Source: Candidatus Atabeyarchaeum deiterrae (GTDB taxonomy: Archaea; Asgardarchaeota; Atabeyarchaeia; Atabeyarchaeales; Atabeyarchaeaceae). Taken from it: a stretch of 64,000 nucleotides of DNA. A program made the translations under genes and the position numbers. How positions within the stretch are numbered: the stretch's first letter is position 1; each line of letters begins with the position of its first letter. Location of the stretch: assembly GCA_037310415.1 (NCBI GenBank), contig CP147780.1:224001-288000 (forward strand), given 5' to 3'. The notes below the pieces were generated by a model. The model was not told the origin of the DNA and searched no databases. It saw only the letters and a program-made list of their open reading frames with translations. Shown here piece by piece: positions 18,007 to 26,668 of the stretch.

Positions 18007-19146
18007 CTAGACTGTTTCCAGTGGGAGTTTGTTAAGCACCTCTAAGCCATCCTCTGTGACGACCACTGTCTCCTCCATTCTCAGTCCTCCAACTTCCAGA
18101 ATTGATGTTTCAACTTTCACGCAGATGACCATGCCAGGTTTGATGAGATGTACTTCGTCTTCGGATATCCTTGGGTATTCGTAGAGCTCTAGACCAATCC
18201 CATGACCTGAAATGCCAATGATGTCTTCGACTGGTGTGCTCTTCAGGAATGCTCTGACTGAGGCAGTTACGTCGTCAGACGTAGTTCCAGGCTTGATTTC
18301 CTCAATCGCTTTCGCTAGAGCTTTTTTTGAGACTTCAAAAACCTTCTTGTGTTTCTCTCCTGGCTTTCCAGTGTAAATTGTTCTAGCGACATCTGAGCAG
18401 TATCCATTGTAAATAGCCGAAACATTTAGCACGACGAATTCATTCGTATTGATTCTCTTCTGTTTAGCTGAAGCCAGTTTGTGTCCACTTCTCAATCCCG
18501 ACGCAATTACGCTCTCAAAAGCTGTGCGGTTGGACCCAGCTTTCCTCATTATCCGCTCAACTTCGGCAGCAACCTCAACCTCGGTCATTCCTGGCTGAAC
18601 CAACTCAATTGCCGCCCGGATTCCTCTCTCGCTTATCTCCAGCGAGTCACGCAGTATTTCAACTTCTTCAAGATCTTTCACTGAACGGATTTCGAGAAGG
18701 TCCTGTGAGGCATCCTTGAACCCTGTTTTCTCAAGACCACCTTTGAGTATCTCAAACATGTTAACTGTTACATAAGAGAATTCTGTTCCCATTGTAGCAG
18801 AAGAGAGACCATGTGACCTGACTAGGTTCTGAATTTCTTCTATGAAAGTCTTGGACGCAACTGATCGATCCTTGACTGTCTTGCGGGAAGATAGGTGTGA
18901 AGAGTAATACTTTATGTTAGTGAGCCATGACGAATCACGGGACCTTTCAAGTTCTATCTCCGGTAGAACCAGACATGGCTCACCTTGGTTTGACAAGAGA
19001 ATTGCGATTGGCAGTCCTTCGACCATGGGAGAGAATCCTGACACATAGTAGACGTTTTTGGGGTTCATGAGGAGCAGCGCATCCAGTTCTTTGCGCTCCA
19101 TGACTTTACGTAACCGTTCTATTCGGTTGGAGAACTCGCGAATCAT
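18007..19146 (-). CDS. M24 Xaa-Pro peptidase/creatinase-fold protein with degenerate metal site
   Basis: Creatinase-N domain, RSVKD.EE, GYCSDVART, GHGIGLE and GGLRMEE. Confidence 0.85.
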   Translation of the reverse strand: MIREFSNRIERLRKVMERKELDALLLMNPKNVYYVSGFSPMVEGLPIAILLSNQGEPCLVLPEIELERSRDSSWLTNIKYYSSHLSSRKTVKDRSVASKTFIEEIQNLVRSHGLSSATMGTEFSYVTVNMFEILKGGLEKTGFKDASQDLLEIRSVKDLEEVEILRDSLEISERGIRAAIELVQPGMTEVEVAAEVERIMRKAGSNRTAFESVIASGLRSGHKLASAKQKRINTNEFVVLNVSAIYNGYCSDVARTIYTGKPGEKHKKVFEVSKKALAKAIEEIKPGTTSDDVTASVRAFLKSTPVEDIIGISGHGIGLELYEYPRISEDEVHLIKPGMVICVKVETSILEVGGLRMEETVVVTEDGLEVLNKLPLETV

Positions 19147-19315
19147 ATTGATGTCAACTCATTAGGGGTGTAAGAGAATTTCTGGCATTGAAAAACTTTG
19201 TGGGAGGAAGACTATTGGCATGAGTGCTCCTCTTTGCCATGTAGAATGAGAATAACGTATTATATTGTGGTGGTACATCTAGTTAGGGGGCACATTTGCA
19301 GAGGTCTGACCGTGT

Positions 19316-19804
19316 ATGAGTGAACCAATAACGGTGACTGTGAGAATTTCCAAAGAATTGCTTAAAGAACTAGATAGCAAGGTTGAGCCGAGGAACAGAT
19401 CTGAATATATAAGGCAGGCAATCATCGACAAATTGAAAGGCGAGTCCTTCCCAAGCCAAATGCAAAGCTCAACAGGTGAAATAAAGCAACTCAAAGAAAG
19501 GCTAGACGTTCTGGAAGAAGTCGTGAAGAGAATAAACAATCAAAGTGTAGAGATCCAAATCCCTGCCCTGTTGGAAATCATCGCCTCAGATGAAACAGAT
19601 AAGAAGATAATCAATTACATCATCGAAAAGAAAAGTGCCACAACAAAAGATCTAGAAAAAGTGGTGGAACTGAGAAGAAGAATGATTCTGGAGCGCATCA
19701 AAGCACTAGATATCAAACACAAAGACAAGTTTGGCAGGCCCTTTCTGAAGTTCATCAGAGGTAAGAAGGACGGAAAAAGGCAATCGTGGTGGCTAGCGAA
19801 CTAG
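19316..19804 (+). CDS. RHH (CopG-like) + coiled coil + winged-HTH transcription regulator
   Basis: ITVTVRISKELLKELD..NRSEYIRQAI, then a heptad segment, then DKKIINYI..ATTKDLEK. Confidence 0.75.
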   Translation: MSEPITVTVRISKELLKELDSKVEPRNRSEYIRQAIIDKLKGESFPSQMQSSTGEIKQLKERLDVLEEVVKRINNQSVEIQIPALLEIIASDETDKKIINYIIEKKSATTKDLEKVVELRRRMILERIKALDIKHKDKFGRPFLKFIRGKKDGKRQSWWLAN

Positions 19805-19847
19805 AAACGTTACACCACAAATCAGCGTTGTGACACATTCATGCCGT

Positions 19848-19938
19848 GGGCCCGTGGCCTAGTCAGGATAGGGCGTCGGCCTCCGAACTTATGGGGGAAA
19901 GCCGATGGTCGTGGGTTCAAATCCCTCCGGGCCCGCCA
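19848..19938 (+). tRNA. tRNA-Arg(CCG) with 13-nt canonical intron (19887-19899) and encoded CCA
   Basis: GGGCCCG/CGGGCCC acceptor stem, TCGGC/GCCGA anticodon stem, loop CT-CCG-A|A, BHB motif and TTCAAAT T-loop. Confidence 0.93.
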
Positions 19939-20170
19939 CCAAACTTCTTGAGTGGCGAGCGATACGAGAGAGTATTCATTCGTGCCCCTGCTCAACCAAC
20001 CCACAGACTATTTCTTCAGTTCAAGAGTCTAACAATAGAGTTTTATGGCTAGACATTTTAGTTTGATCCACAGGAAAAAGAGTATTGCCAATAAGCTGAA
20101 TGCAAAACAAGAACTTCGCCTCAATGTTGTTCGCATTGTTGAATCAGGCTTTCACAATTCCTTTCAGTAG

Positions 20171-22081
20171 GTGTATAGGTTGGCATCTAAGTTAAGTGAT
20201 GAAGTCAAGTCAGCGCTGGAAAGAGCGCTCTCAAAAATGAAAGTCAAAGTAAGTTTTTCCTTGGAGGAGACTCTTGAGAAGCCACCGGATACGAAGCTAG
20301 GTGACTTCGCGTCAACGGTTGCCTTGAGACTTGCAAAACAACTCAAGTTGAAACCCTTTGAAATAGCCAGAAAGATCAAAGAGAATATTCAGGTTCCAAG
20401 CCAAGGACTGATTGAAAGGGTCGAGGTGCAACCACCAGGTTACGTCAACTTCTTTGTAAGAACGGCAAACCTAGCGAAAGGCACCATTGACGAGGTGGCA
20501 AAGGGACAGAACAAATACGGGTGGAACAACTCTGGCAAAGGAAGAAAGGTTCTTGTCGAGCACACTTCGATCAACCCTACCAAACCTTTACATATCGGTC
20601 ATTTGAGGAACGCGATTATAGGCGATATCATTGCAAAGACCTACACCGCGTGTGGATGGAGTGTTGAGGTCGAGAACTTAATCGATGACATGGGCAGACA
20701 AGTCGCCATATTGGTCTGGGCTTTCGACAACAATATTCACCTGGAGGTTCCCAAGGATGACGATATGAAACTTGATTTATGGTATGGGCTTGTCTACTCC
20801 AGAGGGGACTCGAAACTAACTGAAAGACCTGATCTCGAGGGCGAAATCGAGAAGGTAATGCACGCGATGCACGATCATAATCATGAGATATCGAGATTTG
20901 CGAGAATCATATCTGAAAAGTGTCTCGAGTCCAACCTTGAGACGACCTCAAGATTAGGTGTCTTCTATGATATACTTGTATGGGAGAGTGACATAGGTCA
21001 GGCCGAGGTATGGAGCGAGGCCTTCGAGAAGTTAAAGAGCACACCTGAGCATTTTGGATTAGAAACGGAAGGAGAGCACAAAGGTTGCTTCGTTGCCAAG
21101 CTGGGTCATTTGGACGAATTCAGAGATTTGAAAAGCAGCGATAAGGTAATCGTGCGGTCCAATGGTGTTCCAACATATATTGCGAGTGACATTGCATACC
21201 AAATGTGGAAATTCGGTTTGCTGAAAACGGATATGAAATACAGAGCGCATCATGTTCAATCTGACGGAAGAGTGATTTGGACAACATCACCAATCCTCGC
21301 TAGTGAACAACGCGAGAAGTTCGCACATGCTGATAGAGTGATAAACGTGATTGGCTACGAACAGACATACCTTCAGCAGATCGTAAGGCTGTGCTTGAAA
21401 TTGCTGGGATACGAAAGTGAATTCAAGAACTCGATTCACTTATCATACAAGCACGTTGAGATTGCTGAGGGAAGATTCTCGGGAAGATCAGGGAATTGGT
21501 TTGGTTTCCATGCCGACGCTGTCGTTAATAGAACCATACTTCAAGCATACGAGCAAGTAAGTAAGAATCACCCCGATCTTCCAGAGCTCAAGAAGAGAGA
21601 AATCAGTGAAATCATAGGCGTTGGATCTGTAAGGTATTGGTTAGCAAAGTTCAGTCTTGATCAGACAATTATATTCGATTACGACAAAGTGACGGACTTC
21701 AACGGGGAAACTGGACCGTACATCCAGTACGCAACGGTAAGAGCAAACAGCATCATAGATAAGGCTGGATCAGGAGCTCTGACAAATCTGCCTAGAGTGA
21801 ACCTCGACGTGCTCTCTGACGAATCAGAAGTTGACTTGATCAAAAGTATTGCGTCCTTCCCAGATACAGTGACAAATTCTGCTGAAAGCCATTCACCCAG
21901 CTTTCTGGCAAATTACGCGCATGAATTGGCTCTGAAGTTCAACAAGTTCTACGAGAAACGACCAGTGCTGACAGCGCCGGAGAACGAAAAACAAGCTCGC
22001 CTTGCACTCGTACTCGCTGCGAGGCAAACACTATTCAATGCGCTAAACCTGCTTGGAATAAAAGTGCCGGAACAAATGTAG
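20171..22081 (+). CDS. argS: Arginyl-tRNA synthetase
   Basis: EHTSINPTKPLHIGHLRN, FSGRSG, GETGPYIQYA and a C-terminal LGI..PEQM. Confidence 0.96.
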   Translation: MYRLASKLSDEVKSALERALSKMKVKVSFSLEETLEKPPDTKLGDFASTVALRLAKQLKLKPFEIARKIKENIQVPSQGLIERVEVQPPGYVNFFVRTANLAKGTIDEVAKGQNKYGWNNSGKGRKVLVEHTSINPTKPLHIGHLRNAIIGDIIAKTYTACGWSVEVENLIDDMGRQVAILVWAFDNNIHLEVPKDDDMKLDLWYGLVYSRGDSKLTERPDLEGEIEKVMHAMHDHNHEISRFARIISEKCLESNLETTSRLGVFYDILVWESDIGQAEVWSEAFEKLKSTPEHFGLETEGEHKGCFVAKLGHLDEFRDLKSSDKVIVRSNGVPTYIASDIAYQMWKFGLLKTDMKYRAHHVQSDGRVIWTTSPILASEQREKFAHADRVINVIGYEQTYLQQIVRLCLKLLGYESEFKNSIHLSYKHVEIAEGRFSGRSGNWFGFHADAVVNRTILQAYEQVSKNHPDLPELKKREISEIIGVGSVRYWLAKFSLDQTIIFDYDKVTDFNGETGPYIQYATVRANSIIDKAGSGALTNLPRVNLDVLSDESEVDLIKSIASFPDTVTNSAESHSPSFLANYAHELALKFNKFYEKRPVLTAPENEKQARLALVLAARQTLFNALNLLGIKVPEQM

Positions 22082-22124
22082 GTCACTGTTAAATTAGTTG
22101 TTCGATACCATAGTAGAATGAGTA

Positions 22125-22215
22125 GGGCCCGTGGCCTAGTCAGGATAGGGCGTCGGCCTTCGAACTTATGGGGGAAAGCCGATGGTCGTGGGTTCAAATC
22201 CCTCCGGGCCCGCCA
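22125..22215 (+). tRNA. tRNA-Arg(TCG) with 13-nt canonical intron (22164-22176) and encoded CCA
   Basis: Identical to 19848-19938 except the first anticodon base (T22160). Confidence 0.93.
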
Positions 22216-22305
22216 ATCCCGTTGCTGAGATCTTTTGTAGGTTCCTTCGCCTCACCCTTGGATATCCATCCGAATTTTCGTTTCTGTTCCGATATTCCAG
22301 CGGAG

Positions 22306-22353
22306 TATTACGTCCTGTAATAGCCCTTACTGACTAGATTACCTCGTGTAATC
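22306..22353. promoter_or_regulatory. Two palindromic ATTAC-N5-GTAAT boxes (candidate operator array)
   Basis: TATTAC-gtcct-GTAATA at 22306-22322 and GATTAC-ctcgt-GTAATC at 22337-22353, upstream of a TATA-like TTAAATA near 22388. Confidence 0.5.
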
Positions 22354-22474
22354 AAGGCAAAATCATTCTGTGTACGCTTGAAAAGAATTAAATATGATTA
22401 CGAATCATGAGTGAACTTGAGACTAGACAAATTGTTGTCTCTTCTTTTCGGTCCTTCGAGGAGGTATTCATCGC

Positions 22475-23692
22475 GTGCCAAAGTTGTCCAAACAATTGTC
22501 AAAGATTAAGACTTCAGCCATTCGAAGAACAGCAGCATGGCTGGCATTAGCCAAGGACAAGAGGGAGATCATAAGTTTCGGAGGAGGTGCACCAAGCCTT
22601 CCGCCACCTCCTGAACTTGTCCAGAAATTGAGGGATGCGCTGAATGATCCCTGGAAAGCGGTTGCCTATGGTGGAACCCGCGGCTCATTAGATCTACGTG
22701 AAGCAATAGTTAGGGATCTAGCCAAGTATGGAAATGTTAAACTAGATGGCGCTGACAACGTCATAGTCACCCATGGTGGAACTGAAGGGATTTTCGCTTG
22801 TCTAGGCTCTATTGTCGACCCAGGTGACGAAGTGATAATCGCAGATCCAACCTACCTGGGGTATCCTGAAGTCATGAAGATAATGAATGCCAAAGCTGTG
22901 CCTTTGCCAGTTTACGTCGACGAAGGGTTCCAACCAGATACCGAGGCTCTGAAGAAGAAAATAAGCAGACACACCAAGGCCTTCGTCTTACTTTCACCTG
23001 ATAACCCTACTGGTCGGGTGATCAAACCTGAAATCGCGAAGGCGATCGTAGACCTTGCGTGCGACCATGACTTCTGGGTAGTCTGTGATGACGCATACAA
23101 GCACACAGTATTCGAGGGACGCCACAGCTGGGTTAGCACCTTCCCAGGTGCCGAGGAACGCACAATTACAATCTGTAGTTTCTCAAAGGAGGCCTCTATA
23201 CCAGGACTAAGACTAGGATACACCTACGGACCCATCGAAGCAATTGACGGCATGGAAAAGTATGCCCAGTACATTTCGCTCTGCCCTGAGACCCTCATCT
23301 CAATGGCTGTAGCAGCTTATTTGAATGACCCGAAGGCGAAAGATCGGTACCTCAATGAGCAGGTCATACCAACCTACAAAGAAAGATGCGACGCTATGTA
23401 CAAGTACATTCGACAACATTTGCCAGAAGCCAGAATCACAAAACCCCAAGGCGCATTCTACTATTTTGTGAATCTTGAGAGCTACTTAGAGAAGTTGAAG
23501 ATGAATGATGAGGAGTTTGCCGACGAGTTAAGGGTGAAGAAAAACACAATAGTGATACCGGGCGACGTGTTTGGCGAAAATGGAAAAAGCCATGCGCGAA
23601 TGACTTTTGTGTCCGAACCAGACAATAGGATCGAGCAAGGAGTCAAGCGAATAGAAGAGTACTTGAATGAGAAACTCAGTGGTAGACCATAG
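22475..23692 (+). CDS. PLP-dependent aminotransferase, class I/II
   Basis: YGGTRG..LREAI, SPDNPTG, DDAY, SFSKEASIPGLRLGY and PQGAFY. Confidence 0.9.
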   Translation: MPKLSKQLSKIKTSAIRRTAAWLALAKDKREIISFGGGAPSLPPPPELVQKLRDALNDPWKAVAYGGTRGSLDLREAIVRDLAKYGNVKLDGADNVIVTHGGTEGIFACLGSIVDPGDEVIIADPTYLGYPEVMKIMNAKAVPLPVYVDEGFQPDTEALKKKISRHTKAFVLLSPDNPTGRVIKPEIAKAIVDLACDHDFWVVCDDAYKHTVFEGRHSWVSTFPGAEERTITICSFSKEASIPGLRLGYTYGPIEAIDGMEKYAQYISLCPETLISMAVAAYLNDPKAKDRYLNEQVIPTYKERCDAMYKYIRQHLPEARITKPQGAFYYFVNLESYLEKLKMNDEEFADELRVKKNTIVIPGDVFGENGKSHARMTFVSEPDNRIEQGVKRIEEYLNEKLSGRP

Positions 23693-23720
23693 TACCAGAC
23701 TTTGAGAAAAGCTAAAGACT

Positions 23721-24956
23721 TTAGAATCTGACTGGAGCAAAGAACAAGATCATAGGACCGAGTTTGAGTTTTCTTCTTTTCGATTTGACTTCACTCGTTA
23801 TTGCCAACAGAGTGTTTAGATGCTCATCCAGGCTGGAGACGGTTGCGTCTCTGTAAAGTGCGATTGTGTTTATCTTCTCTTCTCGTACGAGAAACTGTAT
23901 TATGATCGGGTTAATTGAATAGTCATGTTTCCAAGGGTTATTTGGTGTTAACACAATCCTTCTGCTTTCCGGGATTAGCTCTACTTTTGTTCTTGCCATG
24001 GCGACTTGATCGACTGTTTCTGCTGAGCCTTTGTCGTCTTTTCCCTCGAAGTGTTCTAGTGTTCTGCCAAGTATTCCCAGATTCTCAAGGTTCCCCGAAA
24101 TAGATTGGTTTGCCTTGGCTTCCTGTTCCTTGCTGGGCAATACTTTCAGGCACATGTATAGAGGCACGTTGTCTTCCTCTAGCCTTCTTGAATACACCTC
24201 GAGAGTCTTGCGGGCAACTTCAGAACATTTCTCGTTACTACTGACGACCCTTAGTGCTGGGCCGAATATTGTTGACGTGTTCTCTGGAGGTTTTGAATTA
24301 GATGCTGAATATGATGGTTGGAATCGTTCTTTTATCTCCTCGAGAGCCGTCTCATATACGTGCGCTGATCCCATCACGGTGAGCAAGTCTCCACGTGAAG
24401 AAGTGCCACCGAAATGCGCAGCGACTTCTGTCAGGAATACAGCATAACTTCCTGAGACATCTTCAGACCATGCCCTTGCAATATCGTTGCTTCGGATATA
24501 TTCGACTAGGTTCACCTTCCCTTTTATCCGCTCAAACATCACTATGTTTATGCAGGGCGGATCTGGACTCTTTATATCCTCAACTGGATTCCAGAACTGT
24601 GCGAAAGCGGATGAAGCAGTGTTCTTCAACGCATCACTTATTTGTTGTATTTGGTTGAACCCGAATCTTTTCCTCATGCACCAACCATAAGTGTATGTGT
24701 GCTCACCTCTCTCCGCCGTAGAGTACTGAGGCCAGTATTGCTGTTCGATAACTTGGGGAGATAAGCCAATGTAATCTTGTGGAGTGATGCTCCCCGTTCT
24801 CCAGTCAGTTAGATGAGCAATTCCACAGAGACATTCAAGCGTTCTTTGTCCCTTTCTTTCAGTGTATGCGATTGTTCCTTTCTCAACGACGGTGTTGACG
24901 ATCGAACGCCATGCCGTATCGACGTTTCTGTTTCTGGTTAAGAATGGTCCATACAT
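23721..24956 (-). CDS. Tandem-domain thymidylate-synthase / dCMP-hydroxymethylase-fold protein
   Basis: Domain 1 has YTYG, WNP, PPC135, RSND...D166 and SAHVY. Domain 2 is degenerate (VDQV..SRR..NNP..QFLVR..YR). Confidence 0.82.
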   Translation of the reverse strand: MYGPFLTRNRNVDTAWRSIVNTVVEKGTIAYTERKGQRTLECLCGIAHLTDWRTGSITPQDYIGLSPQVIEQQYWPQYSTAERGEHTYTYGWCMRKRFGFNQIQQISDALKNTASSAFAQFWNPVEDIKSPDPPCINIVMFERIKGKVNLVEYIRSNDIARAWSEDVSGSYAVFLTEVAAHFGGTSSRGDLLTVMGSAHVYETALEEIKERFQPSYSASNSKPPENTSTIFGPALRVVSSNEKCSEVARKTLEVYSRRLEEDNVPLYMCLKVLPSKEQEAKANQSISGNLENLGILGRTLEHFEGKDDKGSAETVDQVAMARTKVELIPESRRIVLTPNNPWKHDYSINPIIIQFLVREEKINTIALYRDATVSSLDEHLNTLLAITSEVKSKRRKLKLGPMILFFAPVRF

Positions 24957-24971
24957 CTTCTACTACCTCAT

Positions 24972-26504
24972 TTATTGAACCGTCTCTTCGCCAAGCAGAC
25001 GATAGTAAGGATGTGGTGGACGCGGCAAGACACCCATAGTCTTAAGAGCCTCGTCTGCAATGGCAGCTTCCGCTCCAGCCACATCGGGGAAGATGTTTTC
25101 CGCGTTCTTAATAGGTCCATATAGGTTCAAGTCAATTCCGAAGATTGTAGGAAGGGTGTAATCAAAGTCGAATCTGATGTCGTCGTGGTTTTTCACTGAA
25201 GAGTGAAGGTTGTGAATGCCTATGGCTGTGGGAAAACCGAATTGATTTTTCAAGATCCATGCCTGCTCAAGTGCAGACAGCGCACCTCCTCCGAGTCTTG
25301 GCACTCCTGGATCGATTATTGGCTTCTCAACGATATTCTTGAAAAAGCTCAAAGTCTCGCTTGTCTTCTTGTCTGACTCCTCAGCGGATTCCGCGTAGGA
25401 CAAGCAAATGGCATACTTTACTCCTCCGATCTCTTTGAGACTGCCGCGTTCCTTGTCGCTTTTAGTGATTATTGAGTTGTAGATTGTTCTATCCTCGATT
25501 CCAATGTCTTTGGCGAGTCTCAAACCGTGAATCCGAGCTTCAGCAAAGCTGGAGTCAACTATAATCGGTGAATCAGTCTGATCAACCGCGAATAGGAGGT
25601 ACTGTTCGATTGCCTCGACGGTTTGTCCGACGATGTGAACCATAACCGGAATGCTATAGTGTAATGAAAGTTCGTCTTGCTTGTGGATTAGCTCGGCTGC
25701 AACTCTCCTGTCAAAAGTCCCAGTCTTCACGTCTGAGACTATCTTGTCTTTTGTGTAGAAAATCGTACCAGCCATGACAGTTGGGTACTGTCCTCTATAT
25801 CCACCGAGCTTAACCCCGCATAGGTCATAGACTTGAAGCTCTGTCCCAGTAAACGTGAACATAGAGCCCAGCGCGTTTCTGAGTCTCCTCTTGTCTACCT
25901 CGGTCCTCTTCACGAACGCAGAAATCGCCCTTTTCCAGTCGTAGATTTCTTTCCGCTCAGGGGGATAAATCGGTTCCATTTCAAGAGGCTTCAGGTCCGA
26001 ACGGGCGAATAGTTCGTCTATCTTCACTCCAATTTTTTCGAGCGAAGTTTCATCGCTAAGATCTTCAACAGAGGCTATTTGCTGTTGGAAGCGCTTGACA
26101 TATTCTGATGGATTAGCCCCTCTAAAATACGTTGGAAGAAGTGTGGGAATAGTCCCTTGGCTACCTATCACCGTGTATTTGTCGTCTATCCCATTTGAGT
26201 GAAGCGCTTTGAATGTCTGCCCAGGCTCGTGACCTTTAACGCGTTGACCGCAGACCACGACATACCTGATCTCCGGGTTTGATATTATGTTTTGAATTAT
26301 CTTAGCAAGACCCTCGTTTTCAGTTTCGCAGAATCCAGCTATGGCCACGCGATCCGCTCTAGTTTTGATGACTTTGCCCGGAAGGTCGTAGGATCCGCAA
26401 GTCATCACTGCTATCTTGGCTCCTGGGTTACTGACGACATAGTCGCCGGGCAGCGGGGGCCACCTTGTTGCTTTCTTTGTATTATGAACCTGCTTTTCTT
26501 TCAT
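24972..26504 (-). CDS. Soluble MtrA-MtrH fusion (corrinoid protein + methyl-H4MPT methyltransferase)
   Basis: MtrA: WPPLPGDYVV, TENEG..IISNPEIR, CG..VKGH92EPGQ, RFQQQ. MtrH: GG..G.YPTVMAGTIFY, G.FDR, IYNSI, PIIDP, YGPI.NA. No TM anchor. Confidence 0.88.
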   Translation of the reverse strand: MKEKQVHNTKKATRWPPLPGDYVVSNPGAKIAVMTCGSYDLPGKVIKTRADRVAIAGFCETENEGLAKIIQNIISNPEIRYVVVCGQRVKGHEPGQTFKALHSNGIDDKYTVIGSQGTIPTLLPTYFRGANPSEYVKRFQQQIASVEDLSDETSLEKIGVKIDELFARSDLKPLEMEPIYPPERKEIYDWKRAISAFVKRTEVDKRRLRNALGSMFTFTGTELQVYDLCGVKLGGYRGQYPTVMAGTIFYTKDKIVSDVKTGTFDRRVAAELIHKQDELSLHYSIPVMVHIVGQTVEAIEQYLLFAVDQTDSPIIVDSSFAEARIHGLRLAKDIGIEDRTIYNSIITKSDKERGSLKEIGGVKYAICLSYAESAEESDKKTSETLSFFKNIVEKPIIDPGVPRLGGGALSALEQAWILKNQFGFPTAIGIHNLHSSVKNHDDIRFDFDYTLPTIFGIDLNLYGPIKNAENIFPDVAGAEAAIADEALKTMGVLPRPPHPYYRLLGEETVQ

Positions 26505-26668
26505 GGTTTGATGAGGTCCTCAAGGGAGATAGGAGACTATTTAAGAAATTCCATTTCATTAGATATATACATAGCTCCGTTGTGATGGAGCAATAATGAT
26601 GACAAAAGAAGTATCTGATTCTGCATAATGGCCTGCTTATGGAAGAAAACTAGGAGGAGGACTACAAG

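Noticed and set aside
19822-20052. ORFs overlapping tRNA genes (also 21949-22197, 47117-47467, 57691-58085)
   Set aside because: They are translations of tRNA sequence.
19848-22215. Direct repeats as attL/attR of an integrated element
   Set aside because: Both copies are complete tRNA genes and the enclosed gene is argS; there is no integrase.
24972-26504. Evidence for methanogenesis or a Na+-pumping Mtr complex
   Set aside because: There are no membrane subunits (mtrB-G) or mcr genes in the window, and the MtrA domain lacks a TM anchor.
26582-26618. C/D-box sRNA-like motifs (GTGATGG, ATGATGA, CTGA)
   Set aside because: The spacing fits only half a guide RNA and no rRNA target can be verified from this window.
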